Below, one piece after another: positions 38,590-49,154 of a stretch of DNA of 64,000 nucleotides. Numbering within the stretch: the first letter of the stretch is position 1; each line of letters opens with the position of its first letter. The position numbers and the translations under genes are program-made. Under the pieces are notes generated by a model. It was given only the letters and a program-made list of their open reading frames with translations, was not told where the DNA came from and did not search any database. Source of the stretch: a virus; the IMG/VR virus record IMGVR_UViG_3300033984_000205, positions 1 to 64,000 of that record; one strand, given 5' to 3'.

Positions 38590-40731
38590 TTAAAGACCCA
38601 TTACAACTTTTTTAATTGCTTTTATACTTAAAGCATCAGTTCTTTCTACTCCATTCATGTAAGCTTTTCCCTTATTCATAGTGTAAACATTTCCTGCTTT
38701 ATCTTTAGTTTCTTGTTTAATCATTTTCCAGTTAGTTTTAGAATTTTGATTTTCAAAATATAATGCATCATCATTTGCAGAAAACCAATTTCTAACTTCA
38801 GGACTTGAAACTTGGTTTACTCCAAGTGTAGCTCTAAAAGTATTGTTACCCATTTGTACATGAACTCCCATATTAGCTTGTCCTTGATTATCATATCCAC
38901 TTACTGCACCAAAAGTTTCTTCTGCAACATCCATTCCAATTTGTTTACCATTTTCATAGAAAACATATTTTTTCTTACCATCTTTAGTAACAGAAAGACC
39001 AGCTACACCTAATCTTTGAAGATCTGCAAAAGAGTGTTGTCCATCAGGACTATAAGCATAAGTAACCTTTTCTCCATTTCTATTTCCTACTTTTCCGTCA
39101 AGTGCTTTCTTAGTTGTAAAAGCAATCTTATCTCCTTTTTTATCTTCTAAAACTTGTTCATTTCCTTGAAGTCCTCCAAACTTAAATCTAAATTTGTCTA
39201 AATCATCTACTATAACTTTTTTAAATGACTCTTTAGTACCTTTAGATAAGTCCATACCATTTAAACTTGTGATTTGATTTTCTACAGTAACAGCATTAAA
39301 CTTTCCTTCAGCATGAGCTTTCTTTGTATACTCTTCATAAGCTTTAGCAATTTCAGTATTTGTTTGCCATCCTGGTTTATATATAATTTTTTGAAGATTA
39401 GCAGGAAGACTTTTTGCAAATGTTGCTAAACTTGAATTAGCTAGTGTACTTTCTGCTTTAGATCTTTTATATGATTTATCTAATTGATCTACAGTACTTG
39501 AAAACCCTTCTTGCTTTGCACCTGCTGCTCTTAGTGCTGTAAAATTACCATTTTTTATTTGATTATATGCAACAGAGTTTGGTTTTATACCTAACTGTCC
39601 TGCTATTTGTAAAGCAGAATTTATTGTAGAAGTCACTTTAGCAGAAGAACTGGCTCTGTTTTTTGTTAAAGAATTAAGAGTTGCGTCTCTAGTTGTAATA
39701 GGAGTTTCATCTATAGTCTCAGCAGTAACATTTTGCTCAGCTTCTTTTGCATCAGCTCTTTGCCAACCAGCTTGTGTCCAATATCCTGAATTTGTAGATA
39801 AAGTATCCTTAACCTCAGAGTTACTTACTTTATAAGTTTCTCCAGCAGCTCCCATTTTCTTAGCCCAATAATTGTTAGGATTAAGAACTTCTTTCATTTT
39901 AGGTTGTCCATTCTCTATAACAGGTTTTCCTGAAGCATCTAATACAGGAGTCTTAGTATAGACTTCATTAAGACCTACACTTTCAAAACCTGATATTCCT
40001 AAAGCATTTCTTCTTTCTAAAGCAGCTTTAGTAGCTGGATCAGCATTAGCTTGTAACATGTAGGCACTTATAATAGTATTAGGATTTAATGTTTCTGAAC
40101 TTCCTTCATGTCTATATACCCAAGGACCTCCTGGAGTGTCTTTAGTTCTTGAAATTTTTTGAGCTTTTAAATGATTTAAAAAGCTATCATCAAAATCTAA
40201 TTTATAATAAGAATCTGCAATCTCAGGAGCTCCCATAGCTTTACCTTTTTCTTGGTCCCACTCTACTCCTTTATATTTTGCTAATATTTTTTTCTTTTCT
40301 GCAGCAACATAATCTGCTTCAAATCCTTTCTCTTTAGCTAACTTATCTAAGTCATCATACTCAGCCAACACTTTCTTTTTATTAGCTTCCATAGTTCCTA
40401 CCTTACCTGAAGTACCCCAAGTATTAGTAATGTCTCTTCCAAGAGTATTTAAGTCTGGAGTATACTTTTGATAATTCATAGGGTCACTAATAATACCTTG
40501 TACAGCATTATCAATTCTAGTTTGATATCGTTGTATAGTAGCCCTTAATTCAGGAGAGTCTTGTTCTAATACATCAGCTTTTAACTTATCTAAATACCCT
40601 TGATATTGAGTAATAGTATCATCTATAGCTTTGTCTTTTTTATCAATCACAGCTCCCATTAACTCATAAGGAGCTTTGTACATCTTGTCATCAAGAAATG
40701 TGGCTTCTGTACCTTTATAAAACTGTCCCAT
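38590..40731 (-). CDS. putative virion cargo protein
   Basis: 713 aa within the cargo gene block; helical N-terminus. Confidence 0.55.
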   Translation of the reverse strand: MGQFYKGTEATFLDDKMYKAPYELMGAVIDKKDKAIDDTITQYQGYLDKLKADVLEQDSPELRATIQRYQTRIDNAVQGIISDPMNYQKYTPDLNTLGRDITNTWGTSGKVGTMEANKKKVLAEYDDLDKLAKEKGFEADYVAAEKKKILAKYKGVEWDQEKGKAMGAPEIADSYYKLDFDDSFLNHLKAQKISRTKDTPGGPWVYRHEGSSETLNPNTIISAYMLQANADPATKAALERRNALGISGFESVGLNEVYTKTPVLDASGKPVIENGQPKMKEVLNPNNYWAKKMGAAGETYKVSNSEVKDTLSTNSGYWTQAGWQRADAKEAEQNVTAETIDETPITTRDATLNSLTKNRASSSAKVTSTINSALQIAGQLGIKPNSVAYNQIKNGNFTALRAAGAKQEGFSSTVDQLDKSYKRSKAESTLANSSLATFAKSLPANLQKIIYKPGWQTNTEIAKAYEEYTKKAHAEGKFNAVTVENQITSLNGMDLSKGTKESFKKVIVDDLDKFRFKFGGLQGNEQVLEDKKGDKIAFTTKKALDGKVGNRNGEKVTYAYSPDGQHSFADLQRLGVAGLSVTKDGKKKYVFYENGKQIGMDVAEETFGAVSGYDNQGQANMGVHVQMGNNTFRATLGVNQVSSPEVRNWFSANDDALYFENQNSKTNWKMIKQETKDKAGNVYTMNKGKAYMNGVERTDALSIKAIKKVVMGL

Positions 40732-40733
40732 GA

Positions 40734-43262
40734 TTATGTTGTTTGTGTAAGTTGACTCATCATTTTTTGTAATTCTTTTGCAGAAATTTTAATTGTTCCT
40801 CCTTTACCATCAGGTATTTCTAATTGATTTTTAGTAGTTGCAACACTATTTTTATTAATCGTATTACCTTGACTATCAAGACCAAGATATTTTCCATAAT
40901 CTTTCATAAGATTTTCAATCATCTTATTTTGTTTCATAGCATTTAAGTCTTTACCTGTTTGTTGTAAAGCTAAAGACTGATCTTTAAGTCCCATTCCTTT
41001 AGCAGTATAGTAAGCATCTTTAGCAGCTTCATTAGCCATATTAGCTTGATATTGTCCTTGACCTTTTAATTGGTCTACACTTAAAGCAACATTACCTTTA
41101 GTCTTATATATATCTGCAACTTGTCCTGCAGCTCCTGCACTAATATCCATAATGTTTTGTTGTAAAGCAGTGTCATATAACCAATCTAATCCTCTCATTT
41201 GATTAACTCCTCTAGCAGCATTTCTAGCTGATTTTTTACTTCCTTGAGTATTAGTTGTTGCTTTTGTTATTGCTTGTGCTTTACTACCTTCAATAGAACT
41301 CATAGCTTTATCTAACTCTTTCTGAGTTTCTTTACCTGCATTTTTATAAACATTGGTGTGAGTTACATCAGTACTCCTAGATTCAGCAGCATTCTTAAGT
41401 CCTGCAGTTGCTCCAAGATAGTTTCCAAAGAGTCCAGCAAGATCACCTATACCTGGTATACCTCCTTGTTTACCTATTGCACCTAATCCTTTTTCAAGAC
41501 CTCTACTAAACATAGTTCCTTCAGGATTAACTTTAGTCATAGTTTCAGTCCCTTCAGGAACAAGGTTAGGTGTATAACCTATTGACTCTGGTATAGAATT
41601 TTTAAACATCTCTGGATTAGATGTTTTAAAATCTTCTGCCCAATTAGAAAATATCCCTCCTGCAGTTCCATCTGGTGAAAAAGGATCTGCAGTTTTACCT
41701 ACAGTATTTTTCACTAATTGTTTTAAATTAGGTGCTTTCAAATCTATAGTAGAAGGTATATCTTGTCCTTGATTTTTAAAATAACCTTTAGGGATACCCA
41801 CATCTTCTCCAGGAGTATAACCAACATAATCTTCTATCATATCAGTATAACCATTTAGATTTGCATCACCTTCTTGATATATCCAATCATTAGCAGGATT
41901 AGGATCAGGGTCAGTAAGATAGTCAGTTCCATTAACATATTCAGTTACTCCCATAGCACCTGTACCACTACCATATCTCATAGAGTCTCCTACAGGATTA
42001 CTTTGCAATCCTTCCATACTAGTACCAAATGCTTTTACCATAGTATCAGCCATAGCCTGCATATTGTTTACTTGCTCTTGAAACTGTAAATCAGATGCTT
42101 CTTCTTTTTGAATAGCCATCATCTTTCTTTGAGTAGCATTCTTAAGAGCAGCATCAATTAAAGGTTGAGAAGCAACTTTTTCAAGGTTAGCAATCTTTCT
42201 CTCTCTGGCTTCTTTTCTTTCAGCTAAAGTTTCTTTACCTACTTTAAGTCTATCAGAATATATCTTAGTTCCTTCTTCAACATCTTCTCCTACTTCTAAT
42301 GGAATACCTCCTTGCTCATGACTAGGGCCTTCAAACTCTCCTGTTTCTCCTTGTGGAGTTTCATACATTTCTCCTCCTTCAACTTCAACATTAGACTTAA
42401 CATTGTTCATACCATTAGCTGCTACAACTCCTGCACTATTACTTGCATCTATATCTGGAGTTGCACCTGGAGCTTTTTTGAAACTACCTGCTGCACTAAT
42501 ACCTTGTTGTAATAGTCCTCCAACTAATGAAACAATAGGGACTACAGAATTACTAGCTACTTGTTTATCAGTTTCTGCTAACATAATATTATAATCATTC
42601 AATACTTCATTAGGAGTTTGAATATAATTATTAGGACCAACACCTTGAGTATTAGTGCCATTAGCATATTTTTTTCTAGGGTTCATTCTTTTTTTCATAA
42701 TTCCTTCTTGGTTAGTTCCAAAAGCTAGTGCTTTAGGGTTATCAGTAATTTTTTCATCAACTTTATCTGTAACTTCTTCTTGAACTTTTTGACCTACACT
42801 TTCTTTTCCTAAATACTTTAAAAGCTGATTAAAAATAGGTTCTACAACAGCAGGAGCCTTCTCAAGAGCAAACCCCTTTTTTGCAGTTGCCCCTTTACCT
42901 TCAAAAGGAAAAAGAAGACTTAAAGCATCTATAGCATGATTTACAGTTTTTAATCCTTCTCTTTTTTTTAAATCTTTACTTTTATATTGATCTGCATTGT
43001 TTAAATCCATATAAGTAGCAATGTCAGAAGCTAAATGAACAGGAGAACTTAAAACTTGTCTGATAGACCTAGTAAAAAAATTAGGGTCTTGCTCTTGATC
43101 TTTAGAAATCTTATCAAATTGTTTTTGTACAGGATTTCTTTTTTGAGCTATTCTCCAATCATTATACTTTACCCTAGAGTTATAATTTTCCTTACTCTCA
43201 TTAGGTAATCTATTAGGATTTGTATCTAATTGTTGTGACCTTGATTTCTTAGGTTGTAACAT
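40734..43262 (-). CDS. putative virion cargo / internal protein
   Basis: VEVEGGE...GPSHEQGGI motif, which I associate with crAss-like virion proteins; Ala/Gln-rich C-terminus. Confidence 0.6.
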   Translation of the reverse strand: MLQPKKSRSQQLDTNPNRLPNESKENYNSRVKYNDWRIAQKRNPVQKQFDKISKDQEQDPNFFTRSIRQVLSSPVHLASDIATYMDLNNADQYKSKDLKKREGLKTVNHAIDALSLLFPFEGKGATAKKGFALEKAPAVVEPIFNQLLKYLGKESVGQKVQEEVTDKVDEKITDNPKALAFGTNQEGIMKKRMNPRKKYANGTNTQGVGPNNYIQTPNEVLNDYNIMLAETDKQVASNSVVPIVSLVGGLLQQGISAAGSFKKAPGATPDIDASNSAGVVAANGMNNVKSNVEVEGGEMYETPQGETGEFEGPSHEQGGIPLEVGEDVEEGTKIYSDRLKVGKETLAERKEARERKIANLEKVASQPLIDAALKNATQRKMMAIQKEEASDLQFQEQVNNMQAMADTMVKAFGTSMEGLQSNPVGDSMRYGSGTGAMGVTEYVNGTDYLTDPDPNPANDWIYQEGDANLNGYTDMIEDYVGYTPGEDVGIPKGYFKNQGQDIPSTIDLKAPNLKQLVKNTVGKTADPFSPDGTAGGIFSNWAEDFKTSNPEMFKNSIPESIGYTPNLVPEGTETMTKVNPEGTMFSRGLEKGLGAIGKQGGIPGIGDLAGLFGNYLGATAGLKNAAESRSTDVTHTNVYKNAGKETQKELDKAMSSIEGSKAQAITKATTNTQGSKKSARNAARGVNQMRGLDWLYDTALQQNIMDISAGAAGQVADIYKTKGNVALSVDQLKGQGQYQANMANEAAKDAYYTAKGMGLKDQSLALQQTGKDLNAMKQNKMIENLMKDYGKYLGLDSQGNTINKNSVATTKNQLEIPDGKGGTIKISAKELQKMMSQLTQTT

Positions 43263-43290
43263 CTTTCTTTAGTTTATTAAAGGTTAATCT

Positions 43291-46200
43291 TTATCTTTCT
43301 GATTCAGTTCTTTGAAGAGCTGAAAAATTAAAGATTAATCTTGTATCAGCAAAGTTATCAAATATCAGTCTTACAACCAAGAACTTATCTCTAAAACTTT
43401 CAAGTTGAGTCCAATCTTTATTAAAGTCAATAGCAGTAGGATTAACTATCTTATCTATATAGTAATTACTTTGAAGAGCAGAACCATTTTTTAAGAACAT
43501 AGGGACAGTATAATTGTCTCTTATATCTCTTAAATTATTCATAGTCCAATCTCTTTCATTTCTATCTATAGTAGCTTGAGTTAAGTTATTTGTTGTTTGT
43601 TGTAACAAGTAATTTACATTACTATCTTGTTTAGGTACTAAGTTAAGAACACCACTAATCTGCTGAGTATTATACAAAAGTATCTTATTAAAAGTTACAT
43701 ACCTTTGATCTAAGTACTCTTCAGAAACAGTATCAAATTTCTTAGCTTCAGTTTGGAATAATAAACTATCCCACACTTTAGTTGTCATAGCACTTGGATT
43801 ATCTACATACTCTACAATAAAAGGATACCTTACATTATAGAAAGTCTGATAATGATTAGGCCTATTATGTTTAAACAAGTATCTAGAATTTTCATTCCAA
43901 GAATAAAACTTCTCTTGTACATGCATATAGAAACTAGGTATATAAGGATGCCAACTTACCCATTCTTTTTTCTTTAAAGAGTAAGACATAGTGTATCCAT
44001 TATTTACAATCTGAGGTACAAATGTTGCTCCTTGACCTTGTTCAACAACAGGTACTGGTTTTGTACTAATTATTTCTATATCAATAGGAGTTTTTATAGC
44101 AGCAAGAATAGTATTCATATCTAAAGCAAATTGACAAGGAGATATAATAAGATTACTTGCAGGACAATCTATAGTTAAAGGACTTCCTACATTACTTCTA
44201 TCAGGTTTTATATACCAACCATACTGTTCTAACCCTGGTTTTCCATCTGGTCCTAGTAAAGTAGAATATGGATTGTTTAAGAGTTGACTTTTTACAGATT
44301 CCCATTCAGCATTTGAAAAGTACCTGTTTCTAGGTATAGCATTAACTTCTGCTAAAGTATAATTTCTCCCTTTTATAGCTCCTAAAGCATGTAATATAAA
44401 AGGTTTTGACTCTGCTACTGTAGCTATAGGATAATTAATACCTATAAAAGTTTCAAAAGTAGAGTGAATTCCTCCTGTTTTTGTAAAATTAAAATAATTA
44501 TTTACATACCCACCATAAGGTTGATTTGCAAAATTTAATGTTACATCATTACCAAAATTATGATAAATAGGGCGTGACTCATTAACAAATGAAATTAGTA
44601 ATACATTTTTTCTTCTCTCTATAGGAATTAAACTGGCAAGATTTAACCATCTTTCAGTCTCATCATAAAATTCTCTTAATTGTCCTATCCAACCTGAAGG
44701 TATTAAGTCATTTGTAATCCAAGAGTTTAAACTTTGTTGAATTTGACTTCTGTCATTATCATCAAAAGAACCTGTCTTATCATAATAAACCCAAAGGTCA
44801 AGATCATTAGGTACAGTAGTAAATCCTTGAACAATAGTAGTAACTTCTTGATCAACAACTTTTTCAAATTGCATTTTACAATCTTTTACTCCTATATAGT
44901 TCCAACCATCTTCAAGTCTATCTGCAATAATTTGAGCAGGGTTAATAAAGATTACAGAGTCATCTCCTTCAGTACATAATTGATGAGGTACAGAAGGAAG
45001 ATTAACAATTTGCTTATCTTTTTTTGTAATAATTAATCTTTCTTTATTGCTATCATAAGTAGAAAGAAAACCTGTTCCTATTGGATTTGAAGGGTTGTTT
45101 CTATATGGATAAGGTACAAGATTAGTATTATAATATTGTTGATCTACTGAAAAGTCCATGTGAGTTTTAAAGTAGTTACTATTCCCATTATCACTTACAG
45201 GTTCTAATTGTTGACCATTAAATAGATACCATTTCTTTTCTTTCCAAGAAGGGAAAAATACTCCAAACTTAGTCTTAGTTCTTGCCCACTTATGAATATT
45301 TCCAGCAGAAGAATTTGCATCATCTACAATCTTTCTAGGAGGTACTGAGAAGTATTCTCCTGTACCAATAAAAGATATAATATCAGAAGTGATTCTTTCT
45401 TGGAAAGTCTGAGGACAATGCCATAACCCTTCTTCAGTGTGTATATACAAATTATTTTGTATTCTGAATATGTCTGTTATTCTTCCTGTTTCAGCTTCAA
45501 GGTCTTTATAATTATTAGGTAAAAAAGCTCTAAAATTATCTGTAAGTTCTTCTTGAAAGGCTTGTTCAGACCAATGAAATCTATGAGGAAAGGTTTCTAC
45601 ACAATCTGAACAACAATCATATTCTAATCCTAAATGATTATATGCTTTTTGACGATTTCTTCTTTTATAGTCAGGGTTAAGTGCATATACTTCTGCACCT
45701 GCTACTCCATAATAACCTCTTCCTCCTTTTCTATTAGCATCTAAATAAGTTAATTTCTTAACCATGTGAAAATCTAAAGCAGTTGTAGGTTCTATCTCTT
45801 CAGTTCTTACAGACCAAATATCAAAATACTCACGATTTCTTTCAACTACAGTAGAACCTGTTTCAATTAAACCTGGAGCATTTAAGAAGTCAGGAGTATT
45901 ATCTGAAGCTCCATGTCTTAACCCTACATTAACTGCAGACTCAAACCATAAATTAGCACAATCTCCTAACCACTGAATTTCATCATCTGATGGATTTTTT
46001 TCAAATCCTCTTTGATCTCCTGAAACTGGGTCTATATCATATTGTACATAATCATCTTTAATAGTATCTCTAAGTCCTTGATTATAAAGAACATTGTAAG
46101 CTTTATTCCAAGCTTCTTGATTAAGTCCTGATATAGTTAAAGTAGTTGCTATACCTACTGCAGCTCCTGCTACTGCTAAACCTGCTGCTGCAACTATTAA

Positions 46201-49152
46201 AGGAGTACCTGCTCCAAGAGAAAATATAGTTAATACTACTGCACCAATTAATAATAGTCCAGCCCCAATAAATTTCCAAACAGAAGTTTTACCTGCTCTC
46301 TGTTTCATTCTAATGTCATGATAAATACTATTTACATATCTCATAGAACTTACATAAGTATCTCCATTCCAAATAGCAGTAGTCCCTGTATTTGTAAGAT
46401 TATCAAATACTTCAGGATTTTTACTTTCTTTATAATATGGAGTTAACCTAAAATTAGAATAAGGTTCAAAGTTATCTCTATATAGATATACATAAGGAAG
46501 ACTTGATACAGTTTCAAAAGAATAGTTTTGAAGTAATTGTATAATACCTACTTTATTATCACATGCTAAGTTAAATACATCTACTCCTTTATTAGCACTG
46601 TCTTTAGTCAACTTATCCTCTAAAGCAGATAAATAATAAAGGTCTTTAATATTAGAAGGACTAAGAGTAAAAGAAGTAGAAGAAGCAAACTCAGTTATGT
46701 TATCTCTAGTTTTTATATGAAGACTTAGTCCATCATCATCACTTTCTCCTTTTTTATGTTTACCTGATACATATCCACTACCATCAACTATATCTCTAAT
46801 TTTAGCCATACTTTTAATGACTTGAGTCTTATTAAATTGTCCTTGTTGAACAATTTTACTAAAAGTAGCATATTTTTTATCATTAAATTTATGTTCAGGA
46901 TATATTAATCCTAAAGTATCCTTTTTAATCTTAGAAGCTATTGTACCATATTGAGGAAATAAAAGTCCTTGTGCTACAAAATTCTTTTGTTGAGTTGTAG
47001 AAGTTAGTACAGCACTATCAATAACAGTTTTATCTGATTCTGTTCTTTCATTTCTTACTATGTAATATCCTGTAATTTTTAATCCATTAGTATCAATTAA
47101 AGAAGGTCTATAAATATTAGAGAAATTAAGACCAAAAACTTCAGTAGTATATAAAGGATCTGAATTTTCTCTTATTCCTACTCCTATAACAATAGTATAA
47201 GTAACTTTTGTTACAGTAGAAGTTCCTGTATACTGATACATTCCTGAAGTAGGATTTAAAGTAGGGCCAGTTAGTACAACTGTATTAACATCAGAAGGAA
47301 TAGGTGCAACTTGAGGATAAGTACCATATGCAAAGTTTTCTACAAGACTAGTTACAAGAGGAGCTGTATCACCATACAAGTTTCCTGAATTAGTAGTATA
47401 ACTTACATTTGCAGTAGTATTGTTTCCTACTTCAACAGCATAATCATAAGGATCTACTACACCAGTAAAAGTACTTTGTGTAGAATCTTCAGTATATTTT
47501 AAAGTAAAATCATAAGCTTCAAAAGTTACTGGATTTCCAAAATCAGCAAGAGTTGCTGTACAATTTTCAGGGTCAGAACATTCTGCAGGAACTTTGGCTC
47601 CTGTCCTTGTAGTAAGAACAGATATATTTTTTACAAAACTTGGTGCTTGATTATCAGGGACTTTAGTTATAAAAGGAATATTATGATCTGTTCTTAAAGG
47701 AAACCTATGATGTCTTATAGATCTACCATTTAAAGGGTCTCCTTTAGAGTCTGTCCCCCAATAATCTTCTACTCCACAAAGACTATTATCAGTGTAATTT
47801 GTCTCTTCACAACTGTTATTAGTATTACTCATAGGATAAATCTCATCACCTGTGGCAAACTTTAAATCTGAAGCATAGTTATTATTTTTTCCAGGGATAT
47901 GAAATACAGGAGTTGTTGTATTGTCTTCAAAAATATAAACAATACCTAAAGAATATATTTCTCCTGGCATATATCCAAGGCCATTAAAATGAGCTGCAGG
48001 ATCTTTAGCATTACTCTTATCAGGTTCAGAGACTATTACAGTTTTAGTAATTAAATCTGTATTGATTTTACTTGCATACTTTTGAAGTTTACAATAGTTT
48101 ACTTGTTTACCTTCTACATCTCCAAGTATTAGTCTATTTTCAATCTGTTCTATACTTTGAGCTTTCTCAATAATATTATTAAACATTGTAATCTCTGCCT
48201 GAGTACCTGTGCTTTCATAATTAGAACCTGTATAATAAAATACATTATTTCTTGTAGAAATTTCAGCAGTATATTTAGTATCACTAATTTCTCCATTACC
48301 TGCTGCAGCTTCAGTAACAGCTAATCTATAAAAAGGAAAAGTAGTATCTAAACTATTAATATCAAAAGTTATTTTGATAGCTTTATTACTAACTTCAAAG
48401 TTTAAATAACTATCATTTCTTTCCATAGTAACTCCTCTCTTATCTCTATAAGATATAGTAGAAGGAGTGTTATAAATAGAAATAGTTTCAGTGCTTGTAA
48501 CAAACTCTGTAGGGTTAAAGTCTTCATCAAGATACTGAATAGAAAAGTTATAAGAACCTGGAGCCAAAGTCCCTGCTCCATCTACAACTGTAATATCATC
48601 TACAATTGGAATCTTTTTGTAAGTCTTAAATAAGTTAAATTTAGAAATATCCCAATTCCCTGAAGGATCTTGAAACTCTTCTTCTTTATCAAAAATAAAT
48701 ATTCTAGGTTTTGGATCAACCCAATATATAACTCTTTCACATCCTCTTCTTAATCTAAAGGTTGCATCAATTTGTTGAGTAACCTTAAAACCTAATTTTT
48801 CTAACTGGTCATGGTCACTTACAGCAACAGTAGAATTACATTCTTTATCAACAATAATTATAGCAGAGTCTCCATTAGAGTGGGCTAAGAATATTGCATT
48901 ATTTTCTTCACCTATGTAACACTTACCTATAGGAATATATCCTGAAGGTAATAGTCCATCAACAGTTAAATCATAACACTCTTGGTTAGACTCTTCATTT
49001 GCAATAAAACCATAATCTCCTTCTTTAGTTTCATTTACTCCTGTAAGAACAAATCTAGTTGTTCCTTCAGGTTGATTTACTAAAGAGGAATCTGTATTTA
49101 ATCCTCCAGGAATGTTTACACTAACTCCTCCTTGTTGTTTTTCTTTAGCCAT
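43291..49152 (-). CDS. tail stabilization / muzzle protein (P22 gp10-like, crAss-type) with insertions
   Basis: N-terminal GGLNTDSSLVNQPEGT, IYWVD, ENRLILGD, and C-terminal WVSWHPYIP and RDKFLVVRL; position between ring and cargo genes. Confidence 0.75.
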   Translation of the reverse strand: MAKEKQQGGVSVNIPGGLNTDSSLVNQPEGTTRFVLTGVNETKEGDYGFIANEESNQECYDLTVDGLLPSGYIPIGKCYIGEENNAIFLAHSNGDSAIIIVDKECNSTVAVSDHDQLEKLGFKVTQQIDATFRLRRGCERVIYWVDPKPRIFIFDKEEEFQDPSGNWDISKFNLFKTYKKIPIVDDITVVDGAGTLAPGSYNFSIQYLDEDFNPTEFVTSTETISIYNTPSTISYRDKRGVTMERNDSYLNFEVSNKAIKITFDINSLDTTFPFYRLAVTEAAAGNGEISDTKYTAEISTRNNVFYYTGSNYESTGTQAEITMFNNIIEKAQSIEQIENRLILGDVEGKQVNYCKLQKYASKINTDLITKTVIVSEPDKSNAKDPAAHFNGLGYMPGEIYSLGIVYIFEDNTTTPVFHIPGKNNNYASDLKFATGDEIYPMSNTNNSCEETNYTDNSLCGVEDYWGTDSKGDPLNGRSIRHHRFPLRTDHNIPFITKVPDNQAPSFVKNISVLTTRTGAKVPAECSDPENCTATLADFGNPVTFEAYDFTLKYTEDSTQSTFTGVVDPYDYAVEVGNNTTANVSYTTNSGNLYGDTAPLVTSLVENFAYGTYPQVAPIPSDVNTVVLTGPTLNPTSGMYQYTGTSTVTKVTYTIVIGVGIRENSDPLYTTEVFGLNFSNIYRPSLIDTNGLKITGYYIVRNERTESDKTVIDSAVLTSTTQQKNFVAQGLLFPQYGTIASKIKKDTLGLIYPEHKFNDKKYATFSKIVQQGQFNKTQVIKSMAKIRDIVDGSGYVSGKHKKGESDDDGLSLHIKTRDNITEFASSTSFTLSPSNIKDLYYLSALEDKLTKDSANKGVDVFNLACDNKVGIIQLLQNYSFETVSSLPYVYLYRDNFEPYSNFRLTPYYKESKNPEVFDNLTNTGTTAIWNGDTYVSSMRYVNSIYHDIRMKQRAGKTSVWKFIGAGLLLIGAVVLTIFSLGAGTPLIVAAAGLAVAGAAVGIATTLTISGLNQEAWNKAYNVLYNQGLRDTIKDDYVQYDIDPVSGDQRGFEKNPSDDEIQWLGDCANLWFESAVNVGLRHGASDNTPDFLNAPGLIETGSTVVERNREYFDIWSVRTEEIEPTTALDFHMVKKLTYLDANRKGGRGYYGVAGAEVYALNPDYKRRNRQKAYNHLGLEYDCCSDCVETFPHRFHWSEQAFQEELTDNFRAFLPNNYKDLEAETGRITDIFRIQNNLYIHTEEGLWHCPQTFQERITSDIISFIGTGEYFSVPPRKIVDDANSSAGNIHKWARTKTKFGVFFPSWKEKKWYLFNGQQLEPVSDNGNSNYFKTHMDFSVDQQYYNTNLVPYPYRNNPSNPIGTGFLSTYDSNKERLIITKKDKQIVNLPSVPHQLCTEGDDSVIFINPAQIIADRLEDGWNYIGVKDCKMQFEKVVDQEVTTIVQGFTTVPNDLDLWVYYDKTGSFDDNDRSQIQQSLNSWITNDLIPSGWIGQLREFYDETERWLNLASLIPIERRKNVLLISFVNESRPIYHNFGNDVTLNFANQPYGGYVNNYFNFTKTGGIHSTFETFIGINYPIATVAESKPFILHALGAIKGRNYTLAEVNAIPRNRYFSNAEWESVKSQLLNNPYSTLLGPDGKPGLEQYGWYIKPDRSNVGSPLTIDCPASNLIISPCQFALDMNTILAAIKTPIDIEIISTKPVPVVEQGQGATFVPQIVNNGYTMSYSLKKKEWVSWHPYIPSFYMHVQEKFYSWNENSRYLFKHNRPNHYQTFYNVRYPFIVEYVDNPSAMTTKVWDSLLFQTEAKKFDTVSEEYLDQRYVTFNKILLYNTQQISGVLNLVPKQDSNVNYLLQQTTNNLTQATIDRNERDWTMNNLRDIRDNYTVPMFLKNGSALQSNYYIDKIVNPTAIDFNKDWTQLESFRDKFLVVRLIFDNFADTRLIFNFSALQRTESER

Positions 49153-49154
49153 AA

